A stretch of 34,611 nt of DNA from a virus: UHGV virus genome UHGV-0165227; one strand, written 5' to 3'. The notes below the pieces were generated by a model that worked only from the letters and a program-made list of their open reading frames with translations, was not told where the DNA came from and ran no database searches. The position numbers and the translations under genes are program-made. Within the stretch, counting starts at the first letter, position 1, and every line of letters starts with the position of its first letter. This document shows positions 1 through 8,118 of this stretch, one piece after another.

Positions 1-247
1 CTCGAAGGGCTTGCTTAATTGACATAACAACTTTTTCAGAAGTTGTCTTGTTTGATTTTTGAACTACGAAAATTTCGTAGTGCTCACCTTCAAGTTCATC
101 CTTAATGCGTGCAATAAAGTCGTTATTGCGGACTTCTTTTTCCCCGCACTGTCTACGAGCATGATTGACCATCTCTAACAGGTACTGGCTATCAATGGTT
201 TTATCCGTGACAACGGATCCGATGTTTGCTACATTCTTAAAAGTCAT
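1..247 (-). CDS. Hypothetical phage protein, N-terminal 82 codons only (continues past left edge); not a tailspike N-terminus
   Basis: ATG at 247..245 with AAGGAA RBS 7 nt upstream; open frame to position 1; no P22/Sf6 tailspike head-binding motif. Confidence 0.35.
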   Translation of the reverse strand, partial: MTFKNVANIGSVVTDKTIDSQYLLEMVNHARRQCGEKEVRNNDFIARIKDELEGEHYEIFVVQKSNKTTSEKVVMSIKQALR

Positions 248-285
248 TAGGCATTCCTTATGTGGTAGTAAGGGTGTGACATAGG

Positions 286-316
286 CCGCCAGCAGCACAC
301 TGGCGGTTTTCTTTTT
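286..316 (+). terminator. Plus-strand intrinsic terminator facing the 3' end of ant
   Basis: Stem CCGCCAG (286-292) / CTGGCGG (300-306), 7-nt loop, then TTTTCTTTTT (307-316). Confidence 0.5.
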
Positions 317-335
317 GCGCCGTCCGGCGCACCAA

Positions 336-962
336 TCAATGAATCCATTCCTCGCCGCGCAGTTTTGCCAGCATTGGCTGAGCGTTCTTTACGACAAAAT
401 TGTTGGTATCAAGATTCTTCATTTCACGAAGAAGTGATTTCTTGGTTTCTTCTGACATGTAGCGAGTCTCATATGCAATATCGTAAATCCTTCCTGAAAG
501 CTCAGAACCAATTTGCTTCATTCCTGGGTAGATGTGTTTGCACATTTGTTGACTCTTCTCCATCCACAATTGTAAGTAGCAGAGATTAACCAGTTCTTCG
601 TCAGTAAACTGTTTTGCAATCGGTGAGCATTCTGCCTGCCGATCCAAAATATCCAGCACCCAGCGGCGGAACTCTTTGGCTACCTGAGTGCGAGCAAACA
701 TCGCGATTAGGTGGGCACCGCGTAGTGAGAAAACACGCACTTTTTTGCGATAATTTCCTGAGGTACTCACTTCGAGTACCTGAGTCATTCCGGCGCTAAA
801 CTCATCGCTATACTTGTTATAAATCATTGTTACTGCACGACTATTTGCGTATTTAAGTGCAGATGCAATATTAGATGATGTAAACCAAACACCATGCATA
901 TCACGGGTGGGCACCAATTCAACTCCGTGGAAGTTATAATCTGATTTTGCTACAATATTCAT
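336..962 (-). CDS. ant: Antirepressor Ant (Bro-N/AntA-type N-terminal domain)
   Basis: Immediately downstream of arc on the same strand; AAGGAAA RBS before ATG at 962; Bro-N-like N-terminal pattern; upstream in-frame part of the track ORF lacks an RBS. Confidence 0.6.
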   Translation of the reverse strand: MNIVAKSDYNFHGVELVPTRDMHGVWFTSSNIASALKYANSRAVTMIYNKYSDEFSAGMTQVLEVSTSGNYRKKVRVFSLRGAHLIAMFARTQVAKEFRRWVLDILDRQAECSPIAKQFTDEELVNLCYLQLWMEKSQQMCKHIYPGMKQIGSELSGRIYDIAYETRYMSEETKKSLLREMKNLDTNNFVVKNAQPMLAKLRGEEWIH

Positions 963-1037
963 GTTAGTTTCCTTGCATACGGTTACTGACATAGAGGCCC
1001 GGTTTGTGTTCACGCACTGCCGGGCTTCACTATTTTT
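948..1037 (+). ncRNA. Candidate sar-like antisense RNA covering the ant ribosome-binding site
   Basis: Extended -10 TGCTACAAT (948-956) inside ant 5' end on the opposite strand; hairpin GCCCGG (997-1002) / CCGGGC (1020-1025) followed by U-rich tract 1026-1037. Confidence 0.35.
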
Positions 1038-1209
1038 ACTGGGCATTAGCTCTTTCCTCTCTCAGGCTTTTAGCCAGTCGCTGCACAATCGCAGAGTTGA
1101 TAGAAATTCCATCCATTTCAGCAACACGTCTAATCTCCTCCTTCATTCGCGCTGGCAAACGAAGCTGGAAACTTTGACTTTTACGACCTGTGTAAAGCAC
1201 ATCTTTCAT
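1036..1209 (-). CDS. arc: Arc-like ribbon-helix-helix repressor
   Basis: GGAGG RBS before ATG at 1209; N-terminal beta-strand plus helices motif typical of Arc/MetJ family; directly upstream of ant. Confidence 0.65.
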   Translation of the reverse strand: MKDVLYTGRKSQSFQLRLPARMKEEIRRVAEMDGISINSAIVQRLAKSLREERANAQ

Positions 1210-1237
1210 AAGTAATCCTCCCACAATGATACCAACT

Positions 1238-1251
1238 TGGTTCTAGAACCA
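1238..1251. promoter_or_regulatory. Perfect 14-bp palindrome TGGTTCTAGAACCA in the arc-mnt divergent control region; candidate operator
   Basis: Exact self-complementary 14-mer between divergent arc (start 1209) and mnt (start 1321); flanking CCAACTTGG / CAAGTTGG inverted repeat. Confidence 0.55.
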
Positions 1252-1320
1252 ATTTAACACCATTTATTTTGATGTCAAGTTGGTGCTATTGTTTAGCGAA
1301 CATCTTTACGTTGAGGTCAT

Positions 1321-1641
1321 ATGAGCAAGTTCCCTAGTCATGAAATGGATAGGTTCAATATCAGGCTTCCTGCAGGAATGCGGGATGCTATAGCTGAACG
1401 AGCCAAACGTAACGGCAGATCAATGAACTCAGAGATTGTTCAGATACTGGAAGATGCCTTGAATGCAGAAAATACACTCGGGGAAATAGCAGATAAAATC
1501 AACAGCGTCTCGGTTCCGCTAAATGTTGATGCGCTAGTTCAACTTCAAGCCCAGGTTATCGCCATGCAAAAAGAAATACAGGAAAAGTTCAGAGAGCAGA
1601 ACGAAAAGTTGAGAGAACTGCTAAACAAAAAAACCACCTGA
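1321..1641 (+). CDS. mnt: Mnt-like ribbon-helix-helix repressor
   Basis: N-terminal FNIRLP...RNGRSMNSEIVQ motif matches P22 Mnt/Arc family; GAGGT RBS; divergent from arc-ant. Confidence 0.75.
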   Translation: MSKFPSHEMDRFNIRLPAGMRDAIAERAKRNGRSMNSEIVQILEDALNAENTLGEIADKINSVSVPLNVDALVQLQAQVIAMQKEIQEKFREQNEKLRELLNKKTT

Positions 1642-1668
1642 CGGTGGGTTAATTTTTGCCTTTTTTGG
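1634..1668 (+). terminator. Weak intrinsic terminator after mnt
   Basis: CCACC-TGAC-GGTGG hairpin overlapping mnt stop, followed by interrupted T-rich tract. Confidence 0.35.
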
Positions 1669-1739
1669 ACCATATTGACTACTCATAAAATGAGATCAAT
1701 ATTTAATCGCCCAATAACGGGTGCATGTTGAGGTATATC

Positions 1740-1919
1740 ATGGCGAAAAAACCAGGTGAAAACACAGGAAAAAACGGCGGAATATACCAAGAAGTTGGCC
1801 CGCGCGGAGGTAAGAAAGACAATTTTGCCACCGTCAAGGACAACGAAAGGCTTCCGCCAACAACAAAGCCAGGTCATGGCTGGGTATTAGATAAGCGAAC
1901 TCCAGACAGCAAAAAGTAA
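1740..1919 (+). CDS. Small YjzC-like protein (function unknown)
   Basis: GAGG RBS 6 nt before ATG at 1740; KPGENTGKNGGIYQEVGPRGG pattern resembles the YjzC-like small-protein family; same strand as mnt. Confidence 0.45.
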   Translation: MAKKPGENTGKNGGIYQEVGPRGGKKDNFATVKDNERLPPTTKPGHGWVLDKRTPDSKK

Positions 1920-1925
1920 TAATCA

Positions 1926-1948
1926 AGCCGGGTCACTCCGGCTTTTTG
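1926..1948 (+). terminator. Intrinsic terminator after the YjzC-like gene
   Basis: AGCCGG (1926-1931) / CCGGCT (1938-1943), 6-nt loop, TTTTT (1944-1948); overlaps stop of the convergent minus-strand gene. Confidence 0.6.
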
Positions 1949-2298
1949 ATATGTCGCTCGCAGAACTCAACAAGCCTGCTCATTAAGTAGCAGTAAGTCT
2001 CGTTGGCTCTTCCTGGTTCAACATCAACGCCGACCCTTGAGCAGATATCGAATGCCATGTGAGCGCACTCATGGGCAATAGTAGATAGTTTGCCATTGAA
2101 CACACCTATCACATGCAAAACACCATTCTCGCTGCTCATTGTATGAGACGCTCCGTTGGCATCCGAGTCCTGCACGTCCACGCCAAGTTTTTGATGCAGG
2201 CGTTGCCATTCTGGAAAGTCTCTGCAAAACACAATTGTACCGCTCTCAAAGAGCGGAACGAGCATTTTTGGTACGTTTCCAATGTTAACTTTTTTCAT
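1933..2298 (-). CDS. Small HExxH-motif protein, candidate minimal zinc metallopeptidase
   Basis: 121-aa ORF with HECAH (HExxH) and downstream Glu residues; AGGA RBS; lies where P22 carries sieA. Confidence 0.45.
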   Translation of the reverse strand: MKKVNIGNVPKMLVPLFESGTIVFCRDFPEWQRLHQKLGVDVQDSDANGASHTMSSENGVLHVIGVFNGKLSTIAHECAHMAFDICSRVGVDVEPGRANETYCYLMSRLVEFCERHIKKPE

Positions 2299-2328
2299 GG
2301 TATCCTGCTCAAAACTAAGGAGGTTGGT

Positions 2329-2556
2329 GTGAAGCGATGGTTCCTCATAATTACTGTTTTCGCGATCATTTACACTATTTTCCCTGCATTAAAAGCACCA
2401 ATGCAAATAATTTCGCTAGCAATAATTGCAATTGGTGCTTTCATTGCAGTAGCCGTACTTGTGTTTAAGGTTTTAAAGTTTTTAGTTTGGCTATCAAAAG
2501 ATGATGGATGCAAAGTTCATCAAGAAAAAGAAGGCAAAATAACCAAAGTTGACTAA
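2329..2556 (+). CDS. Small two-helix membrane protein (75 aa), GTG start
   Basis: Strong RBS TAAGGAGGT (2316-2324) 4 nt before GTG 2329; two hydrophobic segments; AT-rich; convergent with gp16. Confidence 0.4.
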   Translation: MKRWFLIITVFAIIYTIFPALKAPMQIISLAIIAIGAFIAVAVLVFKVLKFLVWLSKDDGCKVHQEKEGKITKVD

Positions 2557-4676
2557 CTGTCACTAGCGAGCCATGTAATAATCCCCGTGCGGGCAATGGT
2601 TTTTGCTTCATCTGTTGATAAGGTTTTCTCCCATCTCTTAAATGCCCCAGATTGCATCAGTTTCCTTTCTATTACGCGTCTCACTTCTGCTCTGTCTACT
2701 GGTGCGTTTTGCAGGCGAAATAGCATTGATTTAAACTCAGGAGAAGACAGTAGAGCATCAGCAGCCTTTATCCTGCTTGTTTTCCCTGACATCAATGCTG
2801 ACGTTATCACCCCTGTTGCACCTACACCAGGAAGACCAGATAAGCTTGTAATACCTTCCGCCGCAGCAGCTTTTGAGGCTATTCCATAAATTTTTGCGAG
2901 ACTACCCTTTTCTTTCAGAAAGTTATTAACTTGCTGATCCACAAGGCTGCTAGCATACTGCTTACCAGTATTGAGTCTATTCATAGCCTTGGCTGCTTGA
3001 TAAATCGTATCAAGGCGCTTTGATGCATCTGTGCCAATAGCATCACGGAGAGCCTTCATATTGGCCCCATTGCGTGACATTCCGTTATACCATTTTACAA
3101 ATCCATCAACCCCTAATTGCTGGCCTGGTGATTTAGCATAGCTGGTAAATGCTTTATTCATTGAGGTGAGCGCAACTTCCTGCCGCATATCCTTTGGAAT
3201 TGACTTCATTAATTGCCTAAAGTCACCACCGTTTCCTTTTGCCATATTAACAACGGCACTTTCAACTTTTGGAATTGCTGATTGCTGAAGTTTTCTACCC
3301 AAAACGGTTACGGCATCATCTTCAATGGATTTTCGTGTTTTTACCAACTCCTTACCAAGCGTCCATAACTCCCCTGCGCCATATTTTTCTGCGACAGCCT
3401 GTTGGTCATCTGTTATAGCCGCATATAACTTTTTAAGAACACCTGTTTCTTCATCCTTGAATGGGCCAGAGCCTTTGCCAATAGCTTGCCCAACCTGCTT
3501 TCTAGCGAGATCTAAACGCCCATACGTTGGCAAGGTGTTTGGATCAAGTCGGTTCAATGTCCGCTTCATTATTGGAGATAATTCATCAATTCCACCTATA
3601 TCATCAGCAAAATCCTCTAAAAAATTCAATGTATTAGTTGCCTCAATCCGGTCTCTTACAGGAACCTTTTCGGCAATTTTGTTGTAGATGTTATCTGACT
3701 GATTTTGTAATGATGAAATGGTTTTATCAAAATTATCTGCAAGCCTGTCAGAAACCAGTTGCTTATCAAGGCTTCCCCCAAATGAAGTTATCATTTCATC
3801 AGCTTTTCTTCCTAATTCAGTAATAAAACGCTTATGCGCCTCACTAATCTCTGTTCCAGGGAGACTTGCCACTGCATTATCAAGAGCCCTGACAGCAGGA
3901 TTATTAGAGATCATGCCTGGAGTGGCATAATTTTCCAGTTCTAGCTCACGAATAGCATTTATCGCGTTAAAATCAGGATTAACTTCATCGGCGAAATCTT
4001 GAATAGCTCGTTGCCCGCCGATAAATTTATTGTCCATTGCGCCAGCAGCTTTCTTTAACGTTGCTTTAGATGATTTACTACCCATCCCTACGGATGAGCG
4101 ATAAATATCTCCGGCACTATTTTTAATTTTTCCTGCAATCTTCCCAAGCGCTGGACCAACAATCTCTGCTACAGGGCCAGCCACAGCGCCAATAGCAGCT
4201 CCAGAAGCAACATCGCTATTTGTTCCATTGGCTACAATAGCCCCTTCTCCAGCACCAAGCCCTGCGGCGGCAGCCAGCCTTGCCGCCCCTTTCGGAACCT
4301 GAGAAATAATCCCACCACCACTAACAAATGGCGCTGCTTGTCCAACAAACTCACCAACATCTTGTGCGGTTGATGGTTTTGCCGCTAACTTCTGCTGTAG
4401 AGACTGAATTGCGGCTTGCTCTTCTGGTGTCATATCCTGAAACAGGCCAACACCTTTACCAACATCCATCAATCCACTGAGAACGCCATACATAAAACGG
4501 TCGAAACCGTTAGCATTATTAACAACATTTTCCTGTCTGGAATTTTCCTCTGGCGAAACCAAAGGTGATTGCTGCTGTTCTGGTTGGGCATCAAGCACAA
4601 AACCATCAGGAAGCTGTGAGTTATCAGGCTGATTATCGAGAACAAAGCCTTCGGGTAAACCTACATCGGTTGCCAT
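2553..4676 (-). CDS. Ejection (injection) protein, P22 gp16-like
   Basis: Last gene of the ejection-protein trio by synteny (gp7, gp20, gp16); 707 aa, Gly/Ala-rich. Confidence 0.7.
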   Translation of the reverse strand: MATDVGLPEGFVLDNQPDNSQLPDGFVLDAQPEQQQSPLVSPEENSRQENVVNNANGFDRFMYGVLSGLMDVGKGVGLFQDMTPEEQAAIQSLQQKLAAKPSTAQDVGEFVGQAAPFVSGGGIISQVPKGAARLAAAAGLGAGEGAIVANGTNSDVASGAAIGAVAGPVAEIVGPALGKIAGKIKNSAGDIYRSSVGMGSKSSKATLKKAAGAMDNKFIGGQRAIQDFADEVNPDFNAINAIRELELENYATPGMISNNPAVRALDNAVASLPGTEISEAHKRFITELGRKADEMITSFGGSLDKQLVSDRLADNFDKTISSLQNQSDNIYNKIAEKVPVRDRIEATNTLNFLEDFADDIGGIDELSPIMKRTLNRLDPNTLPTYGRLDLARKQVGQAIGKGSGPFKDEETGVLKKLYAAITDDQQAVAEKYGAGELWTLGKELVKTRKSIEDDAVTVLGRKLQQSAIPKVESAVVNMAKGNGGDFRQLMKSIPKDMRQEVALTSMNKAFTSYAKSPGQQLGVDGFVKWYNGMSRNGANMKALRDAIGTDASKRLDTIYQAAKAMNRLNTGKQYASSLVDQQVNNFLKEKGSLAKIYGIASKAAAAEGITSLSGLPGVGATGVITSALMSGKTSRIKAADALLSSPEFKSMLFRLQNAPVDRAEVRRVIERKLMQSGAFKRWEKTLSTDEAKTIARTGIITWLASDS

Positions 4677-6004
4677 TGTCCGTTCCTGTAAATGAGTTTC
4701 TGACCAGTTTTAGGGTTCGTTGCCGTCGCGCCTTCTGATATCCCACTTGGCGCAGCTTTTGTCTGCCCATTACCACCTTGTGGTGTAGGCTGCGCTGGGA
4801 CATCGTCAAATAGCTTGGCCTTCCTTCTCCCTAAGCTTTTTTTCAGCCCCTGAGGAATAGTATCTCCATACGTATCCAGATATTCGTCTACCTGCTGGTT
4901 AAACTGCTGCCCCATAGCGTTGGCGTTAATTTTTGCTGCGTTAACAATGTTATCCCTCGCTTCCTGTGACAAGCCATTCCCTGCATTAAGCTGGTCTACA
5001 TATCCTTTTATCTGCCCCCATATGCCATCAGAGCGCATGACCTGAACCTGTTCACCTTCGCGAACAACTGACTGAGGGTCGAGAGACTTCATGTAATTAA
5101 AGATAATCCCAAGTTGGGCAGCGCCAGTATTTACCTTGCTAAGGGCTTGCAGAGAGTTTGCCGCCGCTCTGACAGAGTTATAATTTTTGCCAAAATTGGT
5201 AATGTCAGAATTTAATCCCTTAATTAAGTCTGCTGACGGCTTACCTTTTTGCCCCAGCTCCATTAGCTTCAATCCCATCTCATCTGAGTGCATTTGTGCC
5301 CGCTGAGCCCTGTCTAGTTGAGCGTTCTGGATATTTGCCCATCCTCTCGCATTCTCCATGTCAGCCTGACGGATGCTTTCATCCAATCGCCCTTTCTCAA
5401 GTTGGCGACCAACCATCTTATCCTGAACAGCAAACGCCTTTTCTGGTCCAAGCGCACCGAGAGACATAGTAGTCAGCATGTGTGATAGCTGCTCTGGATT
5501 CTGAATACCTGTCTGAATCATCCAGTCAGCATTCGCCCCCACGCGATTTAACCTGTCCTTGTTGTCAGTAATGAATTTACTGTAGGCTTCCGGTCCCTGA
5601 GAAAGAGCGACGTTAGCCCTCATGGCTAAATCGCCCATATCGTTGCGTTGCTGATCATTAAGACCGGAAAACGCCTGTTGTGCCTGTGCAACAAACGCTG
5701 GATTTTCCTGGGCAAACTTAAATAGTCCCGATGGATCACCAGAAGCCCATGCATCAGCGTGAACCTTATTGAACGCACTAATAGCTTTCTGTTGCTGTTC
5801 CTGATTGTAAATATCAGCAACTCCAGCCAGACCACGTAACGCGGTCAGGCCAACGTTATTTGCACCTGAGCGAGCCAGTTCATTGTTTTCGCGGATCATA
5901 CCAAGCGTTGCGTTAATGTCGCTTGCCTTTGGCGCATTCTCATTTTGCGTACCGATGCCAGCCAGAAAACCACCAGAATTAATACCCTGTTGCCACGTAG
6001 CCAT
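4661..6004 (-). CDS. Ejection protein, P22 gp20-like
   Basis: Synteny and length (447 aa) consistent with P22 gp20. Confidence 0.75.
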   Translation of the reverse strand: MATWQQGINSGGFLAGIGTQNENAPKASDINATLGMIRENNELARSGANNVGLTALRGLAGVADIYNQEQQQKAISAFNKVHADAWASGDPSGLFKFAQENPAFVAQAQQAFSGLNDQQRNDMGDLAMRANVALSQGPEAYSKFITDNKDRLNRVGANADWMIQTGIQNPEQLSHMLTTMSLGALGPEKAFAVQDKMVGRQLEKGRLDESIRQADMENARGWANIQNAQLDRAQRAQMHSDEMGLKLMELGQKGKPSADLIKGLNSDITNFGKNYNSVRAAANSLQALSKVNTGAAQLGIIFNYMKSLDPQSVVREGEQVQVMRSDGIWGQIKGYVDQLNAGNGLSQEARDNIVNAAKINANAMGQQFNQQVDEYLDTYGDTIPQGLKKSLGRRKAKLFDDVPAQPTPQGGNGQTKAAPSGISEGATATNPKTGQKLIYRNGQWQPM

Positions 6005-6014
6005 TGATTACCCC

Positions 6015-6707
6015 TTAAAACAACGAGCCAAGCAGACCAAGACCGCCGCCGATCGCAGCCCCCCACGGAGTTGATGAACCAATTAATTTCGCAAGTCCGG
6101 CCCCAGCAATAGCACCAGACGCACCTCCGCCAATAGCAGATTGCATTGCTGATGGTCTGTTGGCATTTGCCGCTGCAAGAGCCGCACTTTGCTGCGAAAT
6201 CTGACTCATGTTGTTGGCATATGTTTGCCCGGCGTTTGCCTGCCCCTGAAGAGCGCCAAGACCGATATTTGCCAGGTTGTTGTAATTGTTCATTTGTCCA
6301 GATAGCCATTGCTGACCTAGCGTTGGTGCGATTGTTGCTAACTGATTACTGGTTGCGGTGGAACCTAATCCACCTGTTGCTTCCGCTGCCGCCAGACTCT
6401 GATAACGAGCCTGACCAGCAAGATCTTTGTACTGCTGAGAGTTGTAATACTGGTTAAGTGCCTGACCTTGCCCTTCCAGAGACGATAAGTTCTCGAGGCT
6501 GCCGACATACTTATCAGCCAGAGGAGTAAACGGCTTCAGGTTGTTCATGATGGTGTTGAACTGCTGATTTTGCAGGTCTGCTGCATACTTCTGAGCTTCT
6601 GCGGCATACTTTGCGCTTTTATCAGAACTGCCACCTTTCCCGCCTTTTTCAGGGCAATAAGGTTCCTCGCCGCGCAGTTTTCTGCCCAGCTTAAATGCAT
6701 ATAACAT
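6015..6707 (-). CDS. Ejection protein, P22 gp7-like
   Basis: 230 aa; sequence recalled as near-identical to P22 gp7; Gly-rich C-terminus. Confidence 0.8.
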   Translation of the reverse strand: MLYAFKLGRKLRGEEPYCPEKGGKGGSSDKSAKYAAEAQKYAADLQNQQFNTIMNNLKPFTPLADKYVGSLENLSSLEGQGQALNQYYNSQQYKDLAGQARYQSLAAAEATGGLGSTATSNQLATIAPTLGQQWLSGQMNNYNNLANIGLGALQGQANAGQTYANNMSQISQQSAALAAANANRPSAMQSAIGGGASGAIAGAGLAKLIGSSTPWGAAIGGGLGLLGSLF

Positions 6708-6709
6708 GG

Positions 6710-7168
6710 CTATCTCCCGTGATTCAGGAAGTCGATTAGTTCTTCGCGTGTGGCGCTGTAAAACGTCACGTCATCCACGCCTTTGAAGTATTTCTTGATG
6801 GTTCCTACACGATTAAGGCCAATCATTGCGCAATACATCTGACCGTGGCGGAATTTGCGTGCAGCGAACGATGTAACGCACTGAACGGTGGTGTTAGTCA
6901 GAATGTATCGCCAGAACGCCAGCCCGATTTCCTTGCTGAAGCCGCGAATCTCTGGCAGGTACATGGCGTGGCAATCGAATGTCAGCGGCTGAATCTCCTG
7001 ATAGTAAACAATGCCGCCGAACTGCCCGTGCACGTTCACCTCAAAGTAACGGCAATCAGGTTTGTAGTCGTATCCATCACCGTTGTTGCTCCCGGCAATA
7101 ATGTCAGGGTGATTTCCGACTGCTTCGATCAGGTCGATGTTTCGCGTTGGTTTGAACTGAATCATCAC
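6710..7168 (-). CDS. Virion protein in the P22 gp14 position
   Basis: Position between tail needle and gp7 matches P22 gene 14. Confidence 0.5.
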   Translation of the reverse strand: MMIQFKPTRNIDLIEAVGNHPDIIAGSNNGDGYDYKPDCRYFEVNVHGQFGGIVYYQEIQPLTFDCHAMYLPEIRGFSKEIGLAFWRYILTNTTVQCVTSFAARKFRHGQMYCAMIGLNRVGTIKKYFKGVDDVTFYSATREELIDFLNHGR

Positions 7169-8118
7169 TGCTCCGCGATTATCTTGATGGTTGTGGCAGT
7201 AAACGCCGCACCATTTGACTGGATGGTTAACGTACTGCCATTTGTGGCAAGAAATCCGTCTTTATCCACGCTGAAGAACGTAGCTAACAGGATGTTGTCG
7301 GTTGTTGTCGCCGCATTACGACTGCTAACCAGTGTGTCAGGAACAGAGCCGGAAAAGGTTAGCTGCATTGACCTGTTGGCGGTTCCGCTGGGCCACGTCC
7401 CGACGATCGACAGCTTGAAGAACAGGGTTTTGTTCTCGTTGAACACAACCATCTTGTTGTTAACGGTGTCGAAGAATGGTGCCAACGTGCCGGATGACGG
7501 CGTGAACGTTTTCAGCAGGCTAACAAGGTTGGTAGGCGCTGTCGGAATTGTTACCGATACCCCTGAGTAAACAACCTCTGATTTCTTGCGCGTGGTGGCA
7601 TACTCAAGCGCAGATATTCTTGTTGAGTGATCACCAACTGTGCTTTGTAGCGTCGAAATACTTCCCTCTGCCGCTGTGAGCCTGGTATCAAGTGCGTCGA
7701 TATCGGTTGTATTCTGAGTTATGCGCGCATCATGGTTTGCTAACTCAGATTCATTGGCAGCAATTCTCGTCTCGTGATCAGCCAGCTCTGTTTCAGCAGC
7801 CGTAATCCTTGTTTCATGATCTGCAAGAGTGCTTTCCGCTGCTGCAATTCTATGCTCATGATTGATGAGAGTTGCTTCAGCTGCTTCAATTCTGGATTCA
7901 TGGTCTGCAAGGGTGACATCCTGCTCATCGTTCCTGACCTGTGCATCATAAGCGCCCTGTCCGGCCTCGTTGGCTTTGTTAGCCACGTTACCAACATCAG
8001 TACCCTGTGCGATAACGTAAAGCAGATACGACTGCGAGAAGATATTGCGTGGAAGGACTGATGTGTCGAGCCGTGTAGCCTGAATGATTACCGGCACATT
8101 GAGATTCGAATCCGCCAT
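7165..8118 (-). CDS. Tail needle (P22 gp26-like) with extended coiled coil and C-terminal knob
   Basis: N-terminus MAD...VIIQATRLD...[13 protein letters not shown] matches P22 gp26; five 14-aa repeats (ADHETRI...) then beta-rich C-terminal domain. Confidence 0.8.
   Translation of the reverse strand: MADSNLNVPVIIQATRLDTSVLPRNIFSQSYLLYVIAQGTDVGNVANKANEAGQGAYDAQVRNDEQDVTLADHESRIEAAEATLINHEHRIAAAESTLADHETRITAAETELADHETRIAANESELANHDARITQNTTDIDALDTRLTAAEGSISTLQSTVGDHSTRISALEYATTRKKSEVVYSGVSVTIPTAPTNLVSLLKTFTPSSGTLAPFFDTVNNKMVVFNENKTLFFKLSIVGTWPSGTANRSMQLTFSGSVPDTLVSSRNAATTTDNILLATFFSVDKDGFLATNGSTLTIQSNGAAFTATTIKIIAEQ

Noticed and set aside
1-247. Tailspike N-terminus at the left edge
   Set aside because: The P22 gene order predicts tailspike after ant, but this ORF lacks the conserved tailspike head-binding N-terminus.
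961-1215. 84-aa plus-strand ORF antisense to arc and ant
   Set aside because: Overlaps two well-supported minus-strand genes and has no RBS; the plus-strand signal here is better explained by the sar-like antisense RNA.
2113-2556. 147-aa ORF as given on the track
   Set aside because: The upstream 72 codons run antisense through the HExxH gene and have no RBS; only the GTG at 2329 with TAAGGAGGT upstream is credible, so it is annotated as 2329..2556.
5896-6309. 137-aa Cys/Trp-rich minus-strand ORF
   Set aside because: Alternative frame across the gp20/gp7 junction; composition looks like an out-of-frame read of Gly/Ala-rich coding sequence.
6845-7570. 241-aa plus-strand ORF
   Set aside because: Entirely antisense to the gp14-like and tail-needle genes; no RBS; overlapping-frame artefact.
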